From assembly GCF_006345805.1 (NCBI RefSeq), contig NC_042997.1:88102001-88166000 (forward strand): a stretch of 64,000 bases of DNA. Reading direction: 5' to 3'. The DNA is from Octopus sinensis (taxonomy: Eukaryota). The notes under the pieces are model-generated. The model was given only the letters and a program-made list of their open reading frames with translations. It was not told the origin of the DNA and did not search any database. The translations under genes and the position numbers were made by a program. Shown here piece after piece: positions 12,561 through 25,268 of this stretch (position 1 is its first letter; the number at the start of each line of letters is the position of its first letter).

Positions 12561-14114
12561 TCATTGACCCCAGCACTTATTTTATTTAGCTACTCATCAA
12601 ATAGTTAAATTATCCCTTTTCTTGCATTATTTGTGCAACTAAACTCACACAGAAGCAGTAAGTTGGCAGAGTTATTAGGGTATAGGACAAAATGTCTTGC
12701 AGTATTTATTCCAGTTATCTGCTTTCTGAGTTTAAATTCCATCTATACCAACTTTACCTTTTATCTTTTGTGGGTCAATAAAATACAAGTCCAAGACAGC
12801 GGATCAGCAGAATTGATGGAATATTGGATAGAATATCATGTAGTATTTGTTTTAGTTCTTCGCTTTCTAGTAGACTTAACGCATCATCCTTCTTAACACA
12901 CTCAAATAATCATTGTTATCCTGCATTATGAACAGATATTGCAAATTTGGTATTGGTCCTATTTCTTGTTCTCCACCTCCTCTTATTTTTTTTAATACTT
13001 TATTCTAATAAAGGGTCTTATGTTTCTTTTCATTTGGAATATTTATTATCATTGTAAACATTCTTTGATCGTTGTTTTTCTATACTTTTTCCACCATGTG
13101 CTTTACTTGTCTAACTGTATATATTATTTGTTTGTCTTCTCTTTACCTTTGTTTTACTTGTTTTTATCTATCTACCTACATACATGTGTGTGTGTGTGTG
13201 TATTTTGCTTAGGCATTGCAATACTAATAACCTGGCATAGAACTCAATATATGTGTGCTTCTGGACAAACCTTTAGTCAAGTACAAAGCAGTAATAAGAA
13301 ATGAGAAAGGAATAAACAATTATCTTATAAACTCCATTAGCTTATAGCTGTTTCCACTATAAGATGCAATGGACTCAGTTTCTTTTGCTCAATTTTCTAC
13401 ATGCTGTTAAAACTGTATCTACTTTAAGTTGCACCATCAAAAATATTTTACTCCATGTGTGTGTGTATATATATGTATATACATTAGTAATCATTTTCTT
13501 TTATAAGGTGGAAGAAAAAAAAATTTATTTGCCTGCTATTTACAGCAGAGCCACCTTCAGTGGCTCATAGTGATAGTAGAGGTGGAAGGAGAAACAATAG
13601 ATGAAGCAAAAAGTAGAGAGAAATGGAAAAGAAAGAAAAATAGAAAAAGGTGTGGATAAAAATGAAAAATTATTCATTCCATGACCTTCTTTCATACTTC
13701 TTACATTCTTCCTTTTGTTTTGATCCTTCTTATTCTTTAATTTACTTTCATCTTCATTATCTCTTAGTTTTTCTTTTCCGACCATGCCTTCTCTGTCTTT
13801 CTGGCCTTTCCCTCACCTATATTTCAGTCATATTTTTCTATATAACTGTCTCCTCTGTTTTTCTTTTCTTTTTTTTTGTTGTTTTTCTGTTTATTTCTTT
13901 TTTTAGTTTTACTACCTCTTCTTATTTCATTTATATGTTCACTTCCTCCTAGTATTCTTTTTTCTGCCCCTTTCTCTAATTACCCATCTTTCTGTCTCTT
14001 TATCTGTATTGTTTATCCTTCTATTTCTACCTGCCTACCTATTTATCCAGTTTAACTCTCTCTCTCTCTCTCTCTCCCTTTACACCCCACTCCTGCTCTA
14101 TCACTTTCTCAGTG

Positions 14115-14163
<49 letters not shown>

Positions 14164-14307
14164 CAAATAAGAAAATGGAGGAGAACAATAGTTGGTTCAT
14201 CAACTTTTCGACATTAAAATGTTAATGTATTTATTTATTAAACTGATAATTATAATAACATATATACATATAATGAAAAATACACATTATGTACAGGACA
14301 TCACCAA

Positions 14308-14395
14308 TGAGTGTGTGTATATATATATATATTATATATATATATATATATACATACATATATATATATATATATATACATATATATATACATAC

Positions 14396-14426
<31 letters not shown>

Positions 14427-14572
14427 CATATATATACATACATATATATATACATACATATATATATATATATATACATATAATATATATATACATACAT
14501 ATATATATATACATACATATATATATACATATATATATATACAATATATATATATATATAATATATATATAC

Positions 14573-14661
<89 letters not shown>

Positions 14662-14715
14662 ATATATATATACATACATATATTTATATATAACATACAC
14701 ACACATGCACATACG
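14308..14715. repeat. ~400-bp compound (TA)n/(TACA)n microsatellite; another (TA)n at ~14113-14160
   Basis: Direct reading; source of all YIYI ORFs at 14192-14752. Confidence 0.95.
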
Positions 14716-15961
14716 TACATACATACATCTGACTACTAATGTATTTTTATAGATATTCAACACTACCTTCCTTTCTATCTGTTCATCTAACTTTTCTTCT
14801 GTTCTCTCATTCTTTCTGTTTCTATCTCTCTCTCCCCCTCTCCTTCTCTCTCTCTCTTCATATATCTATCTATCTATCTATGTCTTTCTCGTTCCATTTC
14901 TTTCTTCCTCTACAACATTTTTATTAATGTTACCAACTCTGCCCCCCCCCCTAACCTCATTTAATTCATTTTCTCCATTGAAACATGTCAAAACACTTCC
15001 CCACAATCAAACAAACCCTTAATAAATATTTTAACTCATTATTCCTCAATTCAAATAAGGCAAATTGCAGTGAAGATATTTTATTCGCCATAAAAACCAA
15101 ACAAAATCATAACAAAAATATAATGCTTTAGATTCCACACTGCATCTACACGTTGCAGTTTCCAAGGAAGCTTGCAACTGGTGCACTGCTTGTACAAATA
15201 GTAGTACTTATTCCTCAGAAGAACAATATCTTTCAGTGTTCTCTAAATGATAAGATTGCACTAGAACATCAAATGTTGACACATAAATATTTCAGTATGT
15301 TTCTGAATAGCCATGAAATGTTATTACTCCCTGGTGGGTAGAAAAGCTACTATTGTACATGACCCTTAACATTCTACAGTTATGGCTCAGTTAATAACTA
15401 CCATAAGGTAGGTTCAAACTCATTTCAATTTTAAACTTCTACTCAGTCTTGGTAACAGTTTTTTTTAGTTCAATTTTTCTGTTTTCATTTTAAAGAGAAA
15501 AATATATAATTTCAAACAGGGTTGTTCCTTCGTTTTTTTGGGGGGGAAATAATTCACAAGCTTAATGATGTGTTAATCTATTTTTCTGTCACATTTGGTA
15601 TTAAAATCAAAAGCTATTTAAGAGAAACATTTAAAAACACAGATTTACATATGCATATGCACAGAGCAATAATACCACTTGAATATGCATGTCCTTCTTC
15701 CTCTTATTCCTTTTCTCTTCCTGTGTGTTTATGTGTTTGTGTGTATGTATGTATGTATGCATGCATGTATGTATGTATATATATGTTATAATTTACAAAA
15801 CATAACGTAAGTAAAGATACTCAATACCGAAATACAATGTAATTATTTATTGTACTCAGATTACTCTCTATGCTACTCCAAATTTCACAACTCTTTCTTA
15901 ATCATGCAAGTTGGAGTAACAACAAAGAGTAATCTTAGTATTATATAGTTAGATGGATGGA

Positions 15962-15964
15962 TAA

Positions 15965-16018
<54 letters not shown>
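15962..16018. repeat. (GATA)n microsatellite
   Basis: Direct reading. Confidence 0.95.
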
Positions 16019-17094
16019 GCATATATGTTTGTATACATACATATATGTATGTGTGTGTGTGTGTATATACACCTCTCTCTATATGTATATATATGTGTGT
16101 ATGTATATCTGTATCTCTGTTTTTGTAGAAAAAATATACAAGTGCTTGATAAATATTGGCAGAAAACAAATCAGCCAGATAATGGTTGTATGTGCATTAG
16201 AGAGAGAGAGAGAGAGGGAGAGAGAGAGAGAGATGTAGTGTCTGTTAGTAAATGAATAAAGGCAAGAAGCAATTTAATGCTTGAGTAGAGAACTTGATTT
16301 TATCTCCGTATTTTCTGTTTTCAAATCTTGCCAAATTCAGCTTACCCTATTGATCCTTACCTGGTCAATAAATTAATCACCTTTAAATTTGTGAGATCCA
16401 TTAAACTGACTATACGCTGCAGAAACCATTACATTTAAGTTTGTACTTTGTCAACAAGCATGCATTTAGGCACATGGCTCTATTTGTGTGGGTGTACATT
16501 CATATCTGAATATCAGTGGAAACTAGAATAGCAATTTCATACCATTGGTTTCATGAAGCTCATGGAGCATAACACACTGACTGTAATATTAGTTCTGTGC
16601 GAGCAAGAGGGTGGGGGTGGGGGAGTGGAGATAAAGGAGATGTAGCTCACTTTGCAACCACATGATTTTTGTGTTCACTATCACTGCATGGCACCTTGGG
16701 CAAGTATCTTTTCATATAGCCCCAGTCTGAGTAATGCCTTGTGTGTGTTGTATATACATATTGCATAAAGGATCATAGGTAAGGCCACAACAATGCAAAG
16801 TAAATGCAAGGCAAATCACAAGAAACAACTATATGATTTAGTATTTCAGGGTTATGACCCCATTTTCAAAAAATTAGCAAATGTTGCCAATGTGTATGTG
16901 TGGAATGGGCATGCGTAGAAAGGTGTTGCTATAGCAACCAGCTAACTTCCTGTAACTCTCTTCTGTTGTTGATATTTGGTTTCCTTTGGTGTATGAGGAT
17001 GGCCGCAGAAATTCTAAAGTTGCCCCTGTTCCACTGTGTTGCCTTGATGAGCACTGTGAGTTCCCGGATCTGGCATTTCTGTTTCTTCACAGAA

Positions 17095-17912
17095 ACACAC
17101 CAAGCTCTCCATTCCCTACTTCCAATTCCTCCGTCTGTGCAGGCTCTGCAGTGACAACCATGACTTTGAGACTCAGTCTCAACTCATGGCTCGCCACTTC
17201 ATCCTTCGTGGATATCCCCTTACCACTATCTACACCACCCTTAGCAGAGCATATTCCGTGGATTGTGCCTCTGCCCTCTCTCTTCGTATCCACCCCGCTG
17301 TTGCCCGTTTCCTCTCACCTACCACCCCTCCACCTTGCCCTCCAATGCACTATTCTCTGAGCCTTCTGGTGACACTAGTCTGACCCCTCCACTTCACACA
17401 TCTTCCCCAACCTACCCCTTCTCTCTTTCAAATGAACCCACAAGCTACGTGACCTCCGAGTTCACAGTTTCTTCCCTAACTCCACCTCCCAACCTGGCTC
17501 ATTCTGCTGCTCCTGTCCATGCTGTCACACTTGCCCCTACCTTTCCAATACCACCATCCTCACAGGCATCTATCATCATCTCTATCATATCACTGGCTCC
17601 TTTACCTGCACTTCTAGCAATGTCTTTTACTGCATCTCCTGCTCTTTCTGTCCTTCTCTGTACATGGGTCAAACAGGACACCAGTTGGCTGACCAGTTCA
17701 CGGAGCACCTCCAAGACATTAGACTCGACAATGACAACCCAGTCTCACACCATTTCTGCTCTACTGGTCATTCATTACAACACCTGTCTGTGTTCAGACT
17801 GTTTTTGCACAGGAGCTATCCAGACTCCCGCCTTCACCATGAACAGAAATTAATCTTCTCACTTCACTCCTTTGTGCCACATGGGCTCAACTCCCCTCCA
17901 CTCTTCATCTGA
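17095..17912 (+). mobile_element. 5'-truncated Penelope-like element (Neptune-like): RT thumb, Cys-rich linker, GIY-YIG endonuclease; C/T-rich 3' region to ~18125
   Basis: SIPYFQFLRLCRLCSDNHDFETQSQLMARHFILRGYP, then an open frame 17436-17912: CCSCPCCHTCPY..FTCTSSNVFYCISCSFCPSLYMGQTGHQLADQFTEHLQDI..PVSHHF..EQKLIFSL..PHGLN. Confidence 0.9.
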
Positions 17913-18341
17913 CTCCTCTCCTCTCCTCATCTGACACCTACTTCCTCTCTTTACTTCTACCCACCTCTCCTCTCTCGCCCTGACACCTAAGTCCTCTCTT
18001 CACTCCTACCCACCTTCCCCCTTCATTGATACCCCCTCCATCCACACCCCAGCCTCCACATATCTAGCCCCTACACCTACATCCTCACCCAACCACGCAT
18101 CGCATTTAGGCTAAATCCCAGCTGTAAGTATATAGTATTTACCATATGAATCAATGGCTGATTCAGCAAAATGATAATGTGAAAATTATAAATTAACGAA
18201 GGTAGCTAGATGCAACATAAAATCAAAAGGAAAACTTAATTGTCATGTTTTTTTTCATGCACTATTTCCATGCTTGTATGGGTACGATGAGACATTTTAA
18301 GGCATTATTCTACAGTCAGATGCCCTTCCTGATGGCAATCC

Positions 18342-18527
18342 TTGTTTTCAAGTCAGGTATTTTATTCCACTGATGATCTTCACCTGTTGAACTGCCAAAC
18401 AACTAGACATGGTGTTTATTTGACACATAAGAAAATGTTACTGCTACCCAAGGCAGCGAACTGGCAGAAACATTAGCACACCAGGTGAAATGCTTAGTGG
18501 TATTTCGTCTGTCTTTACATTCTGAGT
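18342..18527 (+). repeat. 186-bp local duplication, copy 1 (copy 2 at 19668-19853)
   Basis: Near-identical sequence at offset 1326, spanning a junction into a SINE head. Confidence 0.9.
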
Positions 18528-18755
18528 GCCTAGAGTAGAAAAGAATGTGGGGAATCAGTTAGAAACACACATATATATGCATATATGTGATGGGCATGAC
18601 GCAGTTTCTTTCTGTCAATCAAATTACACTTAGGAGACAATCTAGATGACAGAATCATTACAGCATTGTATAAAAGCCTTGAAATATTTGTTCCAGGATC
18701 ATTAAAATAAAGTGCCAGTCAGCTATTGGCAATAATAGGTCAATTCTTTCTTGTT

Positions 18756-18787
<32 letters not shown>

Positions 18788-19325
18788 AATTAGGTGGACT
18801 GTGCTGTTAGAAAGACAAGGTTGCCAACTCATGTAGCTCTTTTTTCCCAAACAGCCACTTCTATTCTATCACTGTGGGGAAAATGTGGCCACCAAGGCTC
18901 TGATAGAACATAGATAGAATGAAGTCACTATATATGTAATATGTATGTATGTGTGCTTGTTAATTTTAAGAAGTAACATCTTATAACTCGTGTAACTGTT
19001 TCAATACATAGATGTCTTAGCTCTTCTGAGATAAGAAGAGAATAGATATTGGAAATCAACAACGTTTTTATGTAGGTCAGAGAGAAAAACTACAATCAAA
19101 GTATATAACACAACAAAAGTAAGAAAAACGAAAGAAAAAATATTACTTGGAAGAAACATCAAAAGGGCCAGGAACTACTCACATATAAAATCTTTTTAGA
19201 TTATTATGGAACTCACTGAAAATATATAATGGATGGAGTTTGTTGTCTTATCTTGTTACTGCTCTGTATCACTGACAAAAATACTTAATTCTTTAAGTTT
19301 ATCTAAACAGATATCATGGAGAAGT

Positions 19326-19560
19326 GAAGGCACATGGCCTAATGGTTAGGCTGTTGCACTCACAATTGCAAGATTGTGCCTTCAGTTCTCAGACTGGGCA
19401 ATGCACTGTGTTCTTGAGCAAACTAATGCTTCATTTCACATTGCTCCAGTCTACTCACCTGTTAGTGAGTAACTCTGTAATAAACTGGGGTAATATTATG
19501 ATCTCAGTCACTCATATGCCATAAAACTGAGTAACCAGCTCTGTGTGTCCTAGGACTTGA
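19326..19560 (+). mobile_element. tRNA-derived SINE (second family)
   Basis: A-box TGGCCTAATGG then TGTGTTCTTGAGCAAA..TTCACATTGCTCCAGTC; relatives at 42337, 47606, 53385, 57740. Confidence 0.65.
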
Positions 19561-20505
19561 GACAATACTTATTTATCTTGGAGAAATAGTATTTATTGCT
19601 ATAAGTATTAGGAGCATGACATAAATAACAAGCTCAAATCCTTTTAAGAGCTTGAATAAAGTGGCAATTGTTTTCAAGTCAGGTATTTCATTCCACTGAT
19701 GATCTTCACCTGTTGAACTGCCAAACAACTAGATATGGTGTTTATTTGACACATAAGCAAATGTTACTGCTACCCAAGGTGGCGAACTGGCAGAAACATT
19801 AGCACACCAGGTGAAATGCTTAGTGGTATTTCATCTGCCTTTACATTCTGAGTTCAAATTGACCCAAAACATTTTGGTGGTTTATTATGAGCTGTACCTA
19901 TTAATTACATCTGTTGTTTTGGGTGTATTGTTTCTTATACATTAGAAGTCCTTACCTTTAAAAATAAGATTTTGGCTCAGTTTGAAATTACTTTTGCTAG
20001 GGTACCCTCTTGGCAAGATCATGGATATTGAAGTTTATGTTATATTTCAAGTAACATTGCAGTATTTAATATTTTTTGATAAATAAATAGCAGTCCTAGT
20101 ATGTGTAGAATTTTGGAGTGCCTGTGTGGGTGAAATCTGCTGCCCAACCCACTGGCAGAACTATATTCTGATTGCAGAAATAAATGAAAATAGTTAGATA
20201 TGAACTCCAAATTGTGACATTATCATCTTCATTGTTTTAACATCTACTTTTCCATACTTGTATGGATCAGACAGGATTCATTTATGCAGATTTTCTATGG
20301 CCAGATACTTCTTCCTCTCACTAACCCTCACCTGTTTCCAAGTGAATAATATTTGTTTACAGTATTACAAGGAGACAGAAGTACACACACACACACATAT
20401 GCACAAGACCTTTTTTCAGTTTTTACCAACCAAATTCACTCAAAAGGCTTTGACATGCATACACACACACACACATGCACACACACACACGCACACACAC
20501 ACACA

Positions 20506-20546
<41 letters not shown>

Positions 20547-21499
20547 GAAGACCTTTTTTCAGCTTCTGCCTACCAAATTCCCTCAAAAGGCTTTAGACAT
20601 GCCCAGGGCTATAGTAGAAGACACTTGCTCGAGGTGCTGGACAGTGTAAACATTCAAACATCTTTACATTCTTCCCAGATCTGCTGCATTTCACTTGGAA
20701 TTCTTGGTCCTCTGAAGTCATCTTAGTGTATTATAAATCAACCTACCTATATTAGTTGTAAATTTGGGTGTGAAAAATTCAACTTGTACACTGGAAAATA
20801 CAGTATTAGACATTAGAGAGAGAGGGGGAGATAGGGGTGCATATTGTTGAGACTGATGAATAACCTTTCTAAAAATTGAATAATAACCATACAATTCATA
20901 ATGATAATAATGTCATATGAGATGCTGTCACATACAATAAATAGATGGTTCACAACAGAGATAGAATGGTGGTGGCGGTGATGGAGAGGTGTTCTTTTAA
21001 TATAATATTCTTTAGAATATAGTAAGATGAGATTTAATTGGAGGTTGGAATGAGAACACTATTTTATCATTTGGGTGGAAAATTAATAATTCACATTTGG
21101 TTCTTTTTATCTGAATGTTCATAAATATACATATACATGTATATCTATATATAAATGAATTTATATACTGTCAGCTGCTTTCCTGTCCTTCCTTAGCAAA
21201 AGAAAAAAAAGGAAATGAATTATTAATTTTCCACTCAGATGATAAAATTCAACAATTTTTATGCATTCTTCATTAGTCTGATGAATAAAGCATTTGTTTG
21301 TGAAAGCAAAACAAAAAAACATTAAAATTAAAATGTATAAAATTGCATTATGTGGTTTGTTGCTCACTACTCTTTTTATTTCTCCTTCTCCAATATATAT
21401 ATATACATACACCACACATACACACACAGATATATAATTTGTTTGCTTGTTGAAAGGCTCAGCAAAGAAAATCCAGTGAGCGATAAATATCATTTAGAG

Positions 21500-22260
21500 A
21501 ATACAGGAGTTATACATGAGCTGCTTCAAGCTTCATGCTCAGAAAGTACAGTAATTTGGCAGGTTTACATGTCATTCAGACTCAACAATTGAGCCTAAAT
21601 GATTGCTGGATCATGCACCATACACAATACATGACTACACTATTTGTCCATTACTACACTATCTGAACATTGTATTCAGTAAATGAGATTAATATATTAT
21701 ATATACACCAAAACATAATTACAAGCTAACACCTACCTACTTAATCCTGTAACCACTAACTTCTCACAATCCAACACTAATAGGAAACTAAGACCTTGAT
21801 CCAATTAGTTGTATAACATTATAATCCATAACCATTTGATTGGAGAAACAATTTAAATTAGACTAGAGAAATAATTTAAATTAGACTTAGATTAATTCAA
21901 ATTAGTTCCAGACCTGTATCTGATATGAATCTAGAAGTAGAATATGTTGAAGAACCATGTAAATATACAATCAAACAAACTGAAAAGAGAACATAAAAAC
22001 AACTACATAAACACCATAATAACATCAAAAATTATTTTACTAAACATAGACATCCCATAATCAGCTGTTGTATTGGAAATCATTATGGTTTTGATACCAA
22101 GCAGTACCATTTAATATGACAATATAAAACCACGTAATAAATTATATTTAAATGCTGTTTGGGAATTACTAGACATAATGACAAAAACAGACATGCAGCT
22201 TTGATAAAGCTGAATACTCATAATGCATATGATAATAATGCCCTCCCAAACCAACAATTA
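21500..22260 (+). mobile_element. Heavily decayed Penelope/Poseidon-like fragment (thumb to GIY-YIG)
   Basis: VEYVEEPCKYTIKQTEKRT*KQLHKHHNNIKN..GNHYGFD loosely fits VVY..PC..YIGQT.R.L..R..EH..IK..H.F; many stops. Confidence 0.4.
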
Positions 22261-22555
22261 CATAAAAAGTAATTATAAATAACCAACCAGAAACAGTAAA
22301 AACAAATGATTGGATCCTAAAACGCACAACTGAAATTAACATAAAAGGAATAACCAGGCATTAAACTAGTGCTTATTAATGACTATTAAATGGAATAAAA
22401 ATAAGCAAGAAGCAGTCTTAATATTAATGTTAATTAAACAATAAATTAATGGAAAAAAAATATTACAATTAGTATACAGAAAATTCCACACACACACACA
22501 TATTGCCCAGTGTTATGACCTACACCCATGTTGTATGATATATATATATATATAT

Positions 22556-22590
<35 letters not shown>

Positions 22591-22594
<4 letters not shown>

Positions 22595-22703
22595 CATATC
22601 ACATTGAAAACAACGGTTCTTGTTCGATCATCGAAGTTAAGCATCATTGAGCCTCGTTAGTACTTAGACGGGTGACAGCTTGGGAAGCCTACATGCTGTA
22701 AAC
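22591..22703 (+). pseudogene. 5S rRNA-derived sequence (pseudogene or SINE3-like head)
   Basis: GGCCATATCACATTGAAAACAACGGTTCTTGTTCGATCATCGAAGTTAAGC..GTTAGTACTTAGACGGGTGACAGCTTGGGAA..TGCTGTAAAC aligns over nearly the full metazoan 5S length, with box A and box C remnants; many differences are CpG-type transitions. Confidence 0.9.
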
Positions 22704-22765
22704 ATATTTCAATCCTTTCAAGGTGGTGCTCTAGCATGACCACAGTCCAATGACTGAAACTAGTA

Positions 22766-22815
<50 letters not shown>

Positions 22816-23157
22816 ATGGAGAGGAATTGTACAAAATGTATAAATAGATGATGACTAAAGCACTGGCACAGTTTCAATTACCTGTTGTTATCCTCAGTGA
22901 AGACAATAACAACATTGCACATCTATATCTATATCTATCTATATCTATATATTTATATATATATATATATAATAATAAATATTAGGGAATAAATCCAAAT
23001 TTACAGGGAAAAATCAGATTTAGGATTGAATCCAATTTTATAGTAAAATATAATATAATATTAATTAGAGACAAAACCACTATTATGCAAATCAAACAAA
23101 GAAAGACTCAATCCAATACATAAAAAATTTTATATAAATTTAATATAATTAAGATAT

Positions 23158-23203
23158 CCACTACGATCGTTTCTTGTCACTTCTATGGACATTCATCAGG
23201 TGG
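23158..23203 (-). ncRNA. Minimal type I hammerhead ribozyme (PLE-type)
   Basis: Minus strand CCAC CUGAUGA AUGUC-CAUAGAAGU-GACAA GAA ACGAUCGU A GUGG: stem I CCAC/GUGG, intact core, 4-bp stem II plus A.A, palindromic helix III, GUA cleavage triplet. Confidence 0.8.
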
Positions 23204-23319
23204 TTTCAAGACCTTCTATGCAATTTTGAACTATAATTAATATTATATTATATTTTACTATAAATATATGTATGTACTCAGTTCTCGAGTTCAGGTGGAA
23301 CGTACATACCACACACAAT

Positions 23320-23633
23320 GCACTCCGGCGTTGCGTGGGTCATTGATAACAATAACACCATGACCAACTGGTATTGCAGTACATGTCTCTGATAAGGAAA
23401 AATTGATTTGAAATCGTACCAATCAGTGAACACGGTGTGTGTCCTGACTAATGAAGGGACATGCACCATGGACAGACTCATGTGTATGTGACCTTAATTT
23501 GCCCTCACATAGATGTGCAATGTTGTTGTCTTGTTTCCCTTTGCACCACCTGCATTATAGTACATGCTCAACCACTGTGAAAAATAAGGAGATTGTAAAA
23601 AATCCTTTCAAACTTTGAGGGTTATGGAATGAA
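23320..23633 (-). mobile_element. Decayed Helitron helicase C-terminal fragment with 3'-hairpin-like motif
   Basis: TLKV*KDFLQSPYFSQ resembles QTL..G..L..P.FSHGQ; 'acccacgcaacgccggag' (minus, ~23325-23343) resembles Helitron subterminal hairpins. Confidence 0.45.
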
Positions 23634-23652
23634 TAATAGGCATGAATATATA

Positions 23653-24400
23653 CTAATAATGGTAAGCAACTTTGCATAAACTGGATTGAATAAAGAGAAA
23701 AATGTTAAAGGCAAAAAAGCTCGAACGGTTTGAGTCATTTCTTCACGTCTTTACCACACTTCAACGAATTATAGGCTCTTACTGTGCTTAATCCTTAGGG
23801 AAATTTATTGAATTTAAACCCGAGAAGGATCCTTTGGTATTCCTGAGTCATTTGCTACCAAGAAAATCTGCATAGACAAATTGTTTTCTGTAGTAGTGCC
23901 AGAAGCAATCACAATACTTCAAAGACATTATTTAATCAAGAAATACTGAAGACATTCACATTGGCAGTTTAGTTGTGGCACAAAGGCCATTATTGACAGA
24001 AAATGTGCCAATAATTGTTCCAAAAAGCATGTTTTTTGGTCATTTTGCATTGACAAATAGGGTTTTTGTGCATCACAAATGCACTCATAACACTCCTTGT
24101 ACACTGCTGCATATTTTGACAGCAAAAACATTAAAATTGGCAATGTAGATTGGAAGCAAATCAAAATATTGCCCCAAAAGACCTCAGAATTGTGCTGCCA
24201 AACCTCATTTTCAAGGGGGGTTTTTTTGTAGTAAAAAAGAGTTGTTGTGCAAAGAACATACTTCATTTAGTAGCCAAAAGATTACTGAATCTTTTGATAC
24301 CTCATACATCAAAATTGATTAGTCAGTTTTTGAATCCACAAGGAACATACACACCACACACAGACACACACACATTCACAAACTCTATCATACATATAGA
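23653..24400 (-). mobile_element. Helitron-like non-autonomous element, tandem copy 1
   Basis: 5' A|TCTATATG at 24400, 3' TTAG|T at ~23653; interior FGTII..SVNNGLCATTKL / LNNVFEV / QIFLVANDSGIP / FKFNKFP; diverged copy 767 bp downstream. Confidence 0.5.
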
Positions 24401-24419
24401 TAATAGGTATGAATATATA

Positions 24420-25146
24420 CTAGTAACGATAAGCAACTTTGTATAAATTGGGTTGAATAAAGAGAAAAATGTTAAAGGCAAACGCTTGAACGAATATAAG
24501 CTCTTACTGTGCTTAATCCTTAAAGAAAATTTTGTTGGATTTAAACCCAAGAATACTCTTTTGGCATTACTGAGTCATTTTCTACCAAGAAAATCTACAT
24601 AGACGAATTGTTTTCAGTAGTTATGCCAGAAGTGATCACAATTATGCCAGAACACAGTTCATTAATAAATTTTCTGTTGAAAAATAGGGCTTTGTGCAAA
24701 TAAATGGTATCACAATACTTCAAAGACATTGTTTAATCATGGCATACCGAAGACGTTCACATTGGCAGTTTAGTTGTGGCACAAAGGCCATTATTGGTAA
24801 AAAATGTGCCGGTCAGTGTTCCAAAAGCATGTATTTTAGTCATTCATAACACTCCTTGTACATTGCTGCATATTATGACGCCAAAAACATTAAAATTGGC
24901 AATGTAGATTGGAAGCAACTCCAAATATTGCCCAAAAATTACCTCAAAATTGTGACCTGACCTTGTTTTCAAGGTTATTTTTGTAGTAAAAAAGAGTTGT
25001 CATGCAAAAAACATACTTCATTTGGTAGCTGAAAGATTACTGAATCTCATAATATCACATATATCAAAATCAGCAATTCAGTTTCTGAATCCATAAGGAA
25101 CATATGTACCACACACAGACACACACACACAAACTTTGTTTTATAT

Positions 25147-25150
<4 letters not shown>
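24420..25150 (-). mobile_element. Helitron-like non-autonomous element, tandem copy 2
   Basis: 3' CTAG|T at 24420-24423 with a CAAC..GTTG stem ending 10 nt upstream; 5' end merges into (TA)n; alignable to copy 1 apart from indels. Confidence 0.5.
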
Positions 25151-25186
<36 letters not shown>

Positions 25187-25268
25187 CACTGCTTTATTTT
25201 GAGATTGCTAGTGTTAACTATACTTATAAATACAGACTGGAGTTGTTGTGCTCCAAGTGAGCTATATT

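Noticed and set aside
14192-14752. Long YIYI/HTHT/CVCV ORFs (also 16017, 20258, 30198, 42928, 63151 regions)
   Set aside because: Translations of microsatellites.
15131-15248. Possible exon after TTTTAG (STLHLHVAVSKEACNWC...)
   Set aside because: Weak acceptor, no donor; the phase-2 frame stops early.
16985-17080. Hammerhead-like pieces upstream of the Neptune-like element (TTGATGAGCAC..GTTC)
   Set aside because: No CUGANGA/GAAA pair with closing stems.
21272-21315. CTGATGA...GAAA
   Set aside because: Stems I and III cannot form.
22855-22905. Minus-strand CTGAGGA...GAAAC in a microsatellite-flanked unit
   Set aside because: Stem I does not pair and the triplet is GCC/GTG; at best a decayed hammerhead.
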